Positions 57,193 to 64,000 of a stretch of 64,000 nt of DNA are shown piece after piece (the stretch's first letter is position 1; each line of letters begins with the position of its first letter). The notes beneath the pieces were generated by a model. That model saw only the letters and a program-made list of their open reading frames with translations. It had not been told where the DNA came from and did no database searches. A program made the translations under genes and the position numbers. Origin of the DNA: Candidatus Kapaibacterium sp. (GTDB lineage Bacteria > Bacteroidota > Ignavibacteria > Kapaibacteriales > UBA4661); NCBI GenBank assembly GCA_025455065.1, contig JALONG010000004.1, positions 17,570 to 81,569 on the forward strand, written 5' to 3'.

Positions 57193-57729
57193 ATGGCTAC
57201 CCGCATCACCAAACCTTTTAACTTCCGCACGTGGATTGACGAACACCGTCATTTGCTCAAACCGCCTGTGGGAAATGCTGTGGTCTATGACGAAACCGAT
57301 GATTTTATCGTTATGGTCGTTGGTGGACCTAATGCGCGGAAGGATTTTCACTACAACGAAGGCGAGGAATTTTTCTATCAACTGGAAGGCGATATGGTGC
57401 TGAAACTGCACGACGGCGAAAAGGTCCTCGATATGCCGATTCGGGAAGGAGAGATTTTTTTACTCCCCCCGAAAACTCCCCATTCGCCGCAGCGTAAGGC
57501 GAACACCGTCGGCTTGGTGATGGAACGCAAACGCGCCACGCAAGAATTGGACGGCTTTTTGTGGTTTTGCGAAAATTGCGGCACGAAATTGTACGAGGAA
57601 TATCATTATATCTCGAATATCGTCGAGCAGTTGCCGCCTATCTTTGAGCGCTTTTACGGCACTCCGGCGCACTGCACCTGCAAAGCCTGTGGAACGGTCA
57701 TGCAGCGTCCGCAAAAGCCACAACCGTAA
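57193..57729 (+). CDS. nbaC: 3-hydroxyanthranilate 3,4-dioxygenase
   Basis: LLKPPVGN, VGGPNARKDFH, EEFFYQ, PHSPQR and two CxxC rubredoxin-like pairs. Confidence 0.95.
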   Translation: MATRITKPFNFRTWIDEHRHLLKPPVGNAVVYDETDDFIVMVVGGPNARKDFHYNEGEEFFYQLEGDMVLKLHDGEKVLDMPIREGEIFLLPPKTPHSPQRKANTVGLVMERKRATQELDGFLWFCENCGTKLYEEYHYISNIVEQLPPIFERFYGTPAHCTCKACGTVMQRPQKPQP

Positions 57730-57746
57730 ACGGCAAAAAAAATTCC

Positions 57747-57776
57747 TTGCCAAATCTGCACTTTTTCGTATATTAG
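57747..57776 (+). promoter_or_regulatory. Candidate greA promoter
   Basis: TTGCCA-N16-TATATT(AG). Confidence 0.45.
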
Positions 57777-57792
57777 TAGTCCATTTTTAACG

Positions 57793-57834
57793 GCAAAGCC
57801 ATTTCCCCGACGCGGTTATGGCTTTGTTTTTTTT
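57793..57834 (+). terminator. Intrinsic terminator upstream of greA
   Basis: gcaaagccat / atggctttgt stem followed by T8. Confidence 0.65.
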
Positions 57835-57922
57835 GTTGTTTTTGGGAATTTTTCAACCGGTTTCGCACTTTGACCGGACAGTGTTCCTTCGACGATTTCA
57901 ACCTGATTTTTCACACAACACA

Positions 57923-58399
57923 ATGAGTACACAACCGATTTACCTCAGCAAAGAGCGTTTGTCTGAATTGGAGTCCGAATTAAACGAACTGACAACCAAA
58001 GGTCGCGCCGAAATTGCGCGTAAAATCGCCGAAGCGCGTTCACACGGGGATTTGAAGGAAAACGGCGATTATGATGCCGCTAAAGAAGAGCAAGGATTGC
58101 TGGAATTGCGCATTAACAAAATCCAAGCAACGCTGGGACGCGCCCGCACGGTTGAGCCGGGTGATTATCCTGCGGATAAAGTCTATATTCTTGCGAAAGT
58201 GAAACTCAAAAACAAGAAAAATAACGCGATGCTTGAATACATCCTCGTTAGCGAAGAAGAAGCGGATTTTGAGAAAAACAAAATCGCCGTTAATTCTCCG
58301 CTTGGTCGTGCGCTTCTTGGCAAAACCGTCGGCGAAATTGCGACGGTCAAAGTTCCGGCAGGCACGACGGATTATGAAATTTTAGACATTGCACGATAA
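57923..58399 (+). CDS. greA: Transcription elongation factor GreA
   Basis: EARSHGDLKEN.DYDAAKEEQ and SPLGRALLGK; 158 aa. Confidence 0.95.
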   Translation: MSTQPIYLSKERLSELESELNELTTKGRAEIARKIAEARSHGDLKENGDYDAAKEEQGLLELRINKIQATLGRARTVEPGDYPADKVYILAKVKLKNKKNNAMLEYILVSEEEADFEKNKIAVNSPLGRALLGKTVGEIATVKVPAGTTDYEILDIAR

Positions 58400-58418
58400 A
58401 ATTTGTGCAAAACGACGA

Positions 58419-58462
58419 GCGGCGGTAGAGTGAGATTTTGTGCGCTCTGCCGCCGTTTTTTT
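58419..58462 (+). terminator. greA terminator
   Basis: gcggcggtagagtg / cgctctgccgccgt stem followed by a T-run. Confidence 0.65.
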
Positions 58463-58503
58463 ATGTAGAACATCATTTTTTCACCTCTATTTTTCAAACA
58501 ACT

Positions 58504-59598
58504 ATGGGCTTTAATTGTGGCATTGTCGGACTTCCCAACGTCGGCAAATCAACGCTTTTCAACGCACTCACCGCAAGCGGTGTGGAAGCATCAAACTACC
58601 CTTTTTGCACGATTGACCCTAATGTAGGCATCGTGAACGTCCCGGACGAGCGCCTAAACAAGCTCTCGGCAATGTACGACACCGACAGTACCGTCCCGAC
58701 AACGATTGAATTCGTTGATATTGCGGGTTTGGTCAAAGGTGCAGCTTCGGGCGAGGGCTTGGGGAATCAGTTTTTATCGCATATCCGTCAGGTGAGCGCC
58801 ATTGCCCACGTGGTGCGCTGCTTCCAAAACGATAACGTCATTCACGTTCAAGGCGACGTAGATCCGGCGCGGGATATTGAAATTATCGAAACAGAACTTG
58901 TCTTGAAAGATTTGGATTCCGTTGAAAAGCGCATCCAGACTGTTGAGAAAAAATCTCGCTCCGGCGACAAAGAAGCACTTGCCGAAATCAAGATTTTGCA
59001 GGAACTTCGTGCGCATTTGGATTCGGGAAAATTAGCGAAAAACTTCCCGCACTCGGATGAAAATGCGGCGGTGCTTTCGCAACTTTATCTTATCACCGAC
59101 AAACCCGTCATGTTCATCACCAACACCGACGAAGACGGTATGAAAAACGGCAACAAATACATTGATGCTGTGCGGGAAATCGCCAAACGCGACGGCTCAC
59201 TTGTGGTGCCGATTTGCGCGAACATCGAAGCGGAAATTGCGGAATTGGACGAAGCCGACCGCGAGGCGTTTTTGACGGATATGGGCATGACAGAACCGGG
59301 TCTGCACCGCGTTATCCGCGAAGGCTACAAACTACTCAATCTCATCACTTATTTCACCGCCGGAAAGAAGGAAGTACGCGCTTGGACGGTGGAGCGCGAC
59401 GTAAAAGCCCCGAAAGCTGCGGCTGCGATTCACACCGATTTCGAGAAAGGTTTTATTCGTGCGGAAGTAATGAAGTATGCAGATTTGATGCGGCTTGGCA
59501 GCGAAGCGGCGGTGAAAGAAGCCGGACTTTACCGCGTGGAAGGCAAGGAGTACGTTACCCAAGATGGGGATATTATGTATTTTCGCTTCAATGTTTGA
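58504..59598 (+). CDS. ychF: Redox-regulated ATPase YchF
   Basis: GIVGLPNVGKSTLFN, NYPFCTIDPN, DIAGLVKGA and IHTDFEKGFIRAE. Confidence 0.97.
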   Translation: MGFNCGIVGLPNVGKSTLFNALTASGVEASNYPFCTIDPNVGIVNVPDERLNKLSAMYDTDSTVPTTIEFVDIAGLVKGAASGEGLGNQFLSHIRQVSAIAHVVRCFQNDNVIHVQGDVDPARDIEIIETELVLKDLDSVEKRIQTVEKKSRSGDKEALAEIKILQELRAHLDSGKLAKNFPHSDENAAVLSQLYLITDKPVMFITNTDEDGMKNGNKYIDAVREIAKRDGSLVVPICANIEAEIAELDEADREAFLTDMGMTEPGLHRVIREGYKLLNLITYFTAGKKEVRAWTVERDVKAPKAAAAIHTDFEKGFIRAEVMKYADLMRLGSEAAVKEAGLYRVEGKEYVTQDGDIMYFRFNV

Positions 59599-59752
59599 GA
59601 AAAAACAAGCTACCGCCATTCGTGCATTAACAATACTTCGAGCAGATTCAGTGTTAAGCATGAGATTTGATAATCTCGTGAATTCAAGTCTTTTCAGTAC
59701 CTGCATCTGCTCAAGAGTTTTGGTTGCAACTCTTTTCGCGTCCACAACCTTA

Positions 59753-60085
59753 TCAATTTACGTGAGCAGATGAAGAGGCAGAGGCGGCTTCCCGAAAAAT
59801 TTTCGCATCCGCAATAAAGGGTCCAAACGGCAGCACGGAAGCCAATAGACCAAGCATGAGCGTTTTTATACTCCACTCATATTCGATTTTTGCCTGAATC
59901 ACTTGCAACACATACAGCACAAAAAGCAGCCCGTGTATCATGCCTGTAACGCGCACAGGTTGAGGGTTTCCGCCGATGTATTTGATAGGCATAGCGATAA
60001 AGAGCAGGACAAGGAATGATACACCTTCGGCATAACCGATGATGCGAAGCCGTCCGAGTTGGGTTTTGAGGGAGAATGAGGTCAT
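59753..60085 (-). CDS. DUF3817 membrane protein
   Basis: AEGVSFLVLLFIAMPIKY, HGLLFVLY and LPFGPF. Confidence 0.85.
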   Translation of the reverse strand: MTSFSLKTQLGRLRIIGYAEGVSFLVLLFIAMPIKYIGGNPQPVRVTGMIHGLLFVLYVLQVIQAKIEYEWSIKTLMLGLLASVLPFGPFIADAKIFREAASASSSAHVN

Positions 60086-60380
60086 TGAAGAATAAGCGTT
60101 TGGTGAAAGAAATATGGCAATTATGCCGTATTGCATCAGGCAGAGTTCAAAAATACACTTTCTGAACGTTCTGGAAAAATTTCACACTCATACATTTCAG
60201 CGACAAAACGCTACAACGCAATATCCTGTAAGGCTTCTACACAAGGTTTTCGATGACACCGACAAACAGGATTTGATAAGAATGTTTCCACTTGCAAAAG
60301 CGCGAGATTTTTTGCAAATTCTTACTTGCACCTAATTTTTGGGGTAAAATTCGTATCTTCTTCATATTCTTGGAGTTATT

Positions 60381-61928
60381 ATGCCTGTTTTGAAGCCTGA
60401 AGCCGAATGGCAACACCTTCTTTCCCAAATAAAATCCCTCGCCCCTGAAGCCTTTGCTTCCAACGGTAACCCGCTTAATCTCAAGTGCGGAGAGTGGCGG
60501 AATCCCGGCAACGGCAAACTCTTTTTATCCCCTGTGGACGGCTCTCCGCTTGGCTATTACCCGATGCTCGACCTTGAAGCAGGAAAAAAAGCTACACAAG
60601 CCGCAAAAGAAGAATTTACGCAATGGTCAAAAACCGACCTTGATACCCGCAAAGCCCGCGTCAGTGCTTGTTTGGATGAACTCAAAAAGCACCACGAACT
60701 GTTGGCGTATTTGCTTGTGTGGGAAATCGGAAAACCCTTCCAGCAAGCAATGGTCAGCGTTGAGCGCTGTATCTCCGGTGTGCAGTGGTATATTGACAAC
60801 ATCGAAGTCATGCTGCATGGACGCGCCCGCAAGCCTTTGGGGCTGATTTCCAACATTGCATCGTGGAATTATCCGATGTCCGTATTGTTTCACGCGGTGC
60901 TTGTCCAAGCGCTGGCGGGAAATTCCGTTATTGCCAAAACGCCGTCCGACGGTGGTTTATTTACGCTGACGCTTGCGTTTGCGCTGGGGCGACGTGTTGG
61001 ATTACCGATTTCGCTGATTTCCGGTTCGGGCGGAGAACTGAGCGAAGCGCTGGTGCGGAATGATAACGTTGATTGTTTGGCGTTTGTGGGCGGGAAGTCC
61101 AACGGACGCGACATTGCAGCCGCGTTTTATGACCGCAACAAGCGGTATATGCTCGAAATGGAGGGCTTAAATGCTTACGGTGTGTGGAATTTTTCGCAGT
61201 GGGACACTCTTGCGGCACAACTCAAAAAAGGCTACGAATACGGCAAACAGCGCTGTACGGCGTACCCGCGCTTTGTTGTGCAACGGTCGCTTGTGCCGGA
61301 TTTTCTGGACACGTATTTGTCCGTCGTAAAATCGCTCACATTTGGGCATCCACTTTTGGTGGAAAATGCTGACGATGCGCCACCAAAGATGGATTTCGGA
61401 CCCGTTATCAACAGCCGCAAAGTAGGAGAATTGCAAGTGATGTTCAGCGATGCGCTGGCAAATGGCGCGGTGTGTGTGTATCAAGGCAAGTTGGATGAAT
61501 CGCGCTTTTTGCCCGGACAAGATATTTCCTCGTACTTCGCGCCGCGTGCCTTAATGAATCTGCCGCGCAAAGCGAAACTTTACCAAAACGAACCGTTTGG
61601 ACCAATGGACAGCATCGTCGTTGTAGATACGCCCGAAGAACTTGTTGAAGAAATGAACATTTCCAACGGGTCGCTGGTGTGTTCGGTTGCAACGGATGAT
61701 GAAGCCTTTGTAAAGCGCATTGCGCCTGAACTTCGCGGCTTCAAAGTCGGGCATAACAAAGTGCGCTCACGGGGCGACAACGACGAAGTTTTTGGCGGCA
61801 TTGGGCAATCGTGGAAAGGCTGCTTTGTGGGCGGGAAATACCTCGTGGAAGCCGTAACGGTCGGGATGCCGGGCGAGCAATTGCATGGCAATTTCCCTGA
61901 TTATACGCTGTTGCCGGAAGTGCGGTAA
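60381..61928 (+). CDS. Aldehyde dehydrogenase family protein
   Basis: SWNYP, FVGG, LEMEG (catalytic Glu), QRCTA (catalytic Cys) and EPFGP. Confidence 0.9.
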   Translation: MPVLKPEAEWQHLLSQIKSLAPEAFASNGNPLNLKCGEWRNPGNGKLFLSPVDGSPLGYYPMLDLEAGKKATQAAKEEFTQWSKTDLDTRKARVSACLDELKKHHELLAYLLVWEIGKPFQQAMVSVERCISGVQWYIDNIEVMLHGRARKPLGLISNIASWNYPMSVLFHAVLVQALAGNSVIAKTPSDGGLFTLTLAFALGRRVGLPISLISGSGGELSEALVRNDNVDCLAFVGGKSNGRDIAAAFYDRNKRYMLEMEGLNAYGVWNFSQWDTLAAQLKKGYEYGKQRCTAYPRFVVQRSLVPDFLDTYLSVVKSLTFGHPLLVENADDAPPKMDFGPVINSRKVGELQVMFSDALANGAVCVYQGKLDESRFLPGQDISSYFAPRALMNLPRKAKLYQNEPFGPMDSIVVVDTPEELVEEMNISNGSLVCSVATDDEAFVKRIAPELRGFKVGHNKVRSRGDNDEVFGGIGQSWKGCFVGGKYLVEAVTVGMPGEQLHGNFPDYTLLPEVR

Positions 61929-61946
61929 AAAAACGAGAAAGAATTT

Positions 61947-61978
61947 TTTGTTTTTCTCAGAAAAGAGTGCTACTTTTG
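61947..61978 (+). promoter_or_regulatory. Candidate Bacteroidota-type sigma-A promoter for rpoB
   Basis: TTTG (61947-61950), N20, TActTTTG (61971-61978). Confidence 0.55.
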
Positions 61979-62327
61979 CTGGTTACACAACGTCGTAAAT
62001 GCTTTGGTAAAATTCTCGGTACTTCTCGACATTCCAACGAACTTTCCACAGCATTTCAACGCTCATCCCGTGTGCAAGGAACATACGCAACTGCCGTATC
62101 TGAAGCCTGCATACTGAAGCATTTGCCACTCCTGCACGAGCAATGCACATTGTTACACACAACTTTCTTGAAGGATTTCCCGAATTGTTCCGAACTCCGG
62201 CATAATTCGGGAAATCCTCTCTTTGTCTAAACCTGTCCGAAATGTATTCTGAAATTCCGGCAAGTTTAGACCTCAACGCAAGTCTATCACACATAAATTT
62301 TTAACCCAATTTCAAAGGTGTTCCGCC

Positions 62328-64000
62328 ATGAGTTCGATGAACGGTAAAAACGGCACAAATGGTCATCTCGGTATCGGTCAAGCGATTGAGCGTATCTCCT
62401 TCGCGGAGTTTCCGACGCGCAACAGCCCGGCTGACCTTTTGTCAGTGCAGATGCAATCCTACGAAGAATTTTTGCAAGATCACTCAGAGGCTTCCAAGCG
62501 CAAAAATACAGGCTTGCAGCAGGCTTTCCTGACCAATTTCCCCATCACCGATGCACGGGAAATTTACGAGTTGGAATTTATTGAGTATTACATTGAGCGC
62601 CCGAAATACACGGAAAATGAGTGCCGCGAGCGCGAACTCACCTACGCACGTCCGCTCAAAGCCAAACTCCGCCTGTCCTCCAAAGCAGACCCGAAGTCGG
62701 AAGATTATATCGAAACCATTGAGCAAGACGTGTATTTGGGCAACGTTCCGGCGATGACACCACGCGGCACGTTTATTATCAATGGTGCGGAGCGCGTGAT
62801 TGTATCGCAGTTACACCGCTCTCCGGGTGTGTTTTTCTCCGATGCTATGCACCCGAACGGAACGCGCGTTTATTCGGCGCGGATTATCCCGTTTCGTGGT
62901 TCGTGGGTGGAATTTACGACGGACATTCATCAAGTGATGTACGTGTATATTGACCGCAAGAAAAAATTTCCCGTAACTATGCTTTTACGCGCTCTCGGAT
63001 ACTCTTCCGATGAGCAGATTCTCGACCTTTTCAGCCTTACCGAAACGCTCAAAGCGAAAGAAGTAAACGACGAGTGCCAAGGTCGCCGCGTGGCTGCGGA
63101 TATTGTGGATTTCACCACTGGTGAAATCGTTGCCGGACGTGATACCATCTTGGACGAAAGCATGATTTTGTCCATTCGCGCTTCCAAAGGCATCCAAGAA
63201 GTGAAACTCTTCAAGTACACCGGTGCAAGCGACGAACCAATTATCGCCCGCACCTTGGCGAAAGACCCTTCGCGCACCAAAGAAGATGCGTTGGAAGGTA
63301 TTTACCGCCAACTCCGCTCCGGTGAAGCGCCTGACCTCGACACGGCAGTAGCGCTTTTGGACAAACTTTTCTTCAACCCGAAACGTTACGATTTGGGCTT
63401 GGTCGGTCGTTACCGCATGAACAACAAACTCGGCATCGGTATTGACCCCGAAACCACGACGCTGACGATTGACGATATTATCGCTATCATCAAGTATTTG
63501 ATTGACCTTCGCGCAGGCAAAAAACCGGTGGACGACATTGACCACTTGGGCAATCGCCGTGTGCGCACGGTCGGTGAGCAGCTTGGCGCACAGTTAAATG
63601 TTGGTTTGGCGCGTATGGCACGGACAATCAAAGAGCGCCTCAACATTCACGACACCGAAACCCTCACTCCGGCAGATTTGGTCAATGCCCGCACGATTTC
63701 GAGCGTCATTAACCAATTTTTTGGCACGAACCAGCTTTCGCAGTTCATGGACCAGACCAATCCTCTGTCCGAGATGACGCACAAACGTCGTATGTCGGCG
63801 CTTGGTCCGGGCGGTCTTACCCGTGAACGTGCAGGCTTCGAGGTGCGCGACGTTCACTATACGCACTACGGTCGTCTTTGCCCGATTGAAACGCCGGAAG
63901 GTCCGAACATCGGTCTTATTTCTTCGCTTTCGATTCATGCGCGAATTGATGCGTTTGGTTTTATCGAAACGCCGTATTTGAAAGTGAAAAACGGTGTTGT
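62328..64000 (+). CDS. rpoB: DNA-directed RNA polymerase beta subunit (5' part; runs off the window)
   Basis: Open frame from ATG 62328: [70 protein letters not shown]. Confidence 0.98.
   Translation, partial: MSSMNGKNGTNGHLGIGQAIERISFAEFPTRNSPADLLSVQMQSYEEFLQDHSEASKRKNTGLQQAFLTNFPITDAREIYELEFIEYYIERPKYTENECRERELTYARPLKAKLRLSSKADPKSEDYIETIEQDVYLGNVPAMTPRGTFIINGAERVIVSQLHRSPGVFFSDAMHPNGTRVYSARIIPFRGSWVEFTTDIHQVMYVYIDRKKKFPVTMLLRALGYSSDEQILDLFSLTETLKAKEVNDECQGRRVAADIVDFTTGEIVAGRDTILDESMILSIRASKGIQEVKLFKYTGASDEPIIARTLAKDPSRTKEDALEGIYRQLRSGEAPDLDTAVALLDKLFFNPKRYDLGLVGRYRMNNKLGIGIDPETTTLTIDDIIAIIKYLIDLRAGKKPVDDIDHLGNRRVRTVGEQLGAQLNVGLARMARTIKERLNIHDTETLTPADLVNARTISSVINQFFGTNQLSQFMDQTNPLSEMTHKRRMSALGPGGLTRERAGFEVRDVHYTHYGRLCPIETPEGPNIGLISSLSIHARIDAFGFIETPYLKVKNGV

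Noticed and set aside
60381-61928. Assigning the ALDH to the kynurenine pathway because nbaC is nearby
   Set aside because: It is separated from nbaC by greA, ychF and an oppositely oriented gene, and shows no specific motif evidence for 2-aminomuconate semialdehyde dehydrogenase.
62930-63938. Minus-strand ORFs at the window end
   Set aside because: Antisense to rpoB, which the ORF track omits only because its stop codon lies outside the window.
1-64000. CRISPR array, tRNA/rRNA, reverse transcriptase, integrase or transposase genes
   Set aside because: No regularly spaced repeat-spacer array, no cloverleaf/T-loop context for the ggttcga hits I checked (inside CDSs), and no RT/DDE/tyrosine-recombinase motifs in the ORFs.

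Overview
Ordinary chromosomal segment of an FCB-group bacterium. Kapabacteria/Ignavibacteria-like affinity is my inference from a T9SS C-terminal sorting domain, DUF2490 and FadL/SGNH genes, barrel-OmpA fusions and TAnnTTTG-type promoters. It holds about 47 CDSs. Housekeeping genes: pdxA, folD, rlpA, anmK, rluB, sucC, mdh, rlmN, recQ, rlmB, nbaC, greA, ychF and the 5' part of rpoB, which the ORF track misses. Also many envelope/outer-membrane proteins and a signalling cluster (REC protein, PAS kinase, propeller-YYY adenylate cyclase, sigma-54 activator). I found no rRNA, tRNA, CRISPR array, transposase, integrase or reverse transcriptase. The most interesting signals are: a Cyc2-like monoheme cytochrome-porin fusion; a dispersed 127-bp REP-doublet element whose two copies have conserved arms around a divergent core of identical length (31 nt); a 114-bp MITE with perfect 16-bp TIRs and a 5-bp TSD; three tandem paralogous beta-barrel genes each preceded by a shared GCAT(G/C)A-N16/17-CGTT motif; and structured leaders upstream of greA and rpoB. 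Several start codons were moved by eye from the ORF track and are uncertain. All family calls come from motif recognition, not database searches.
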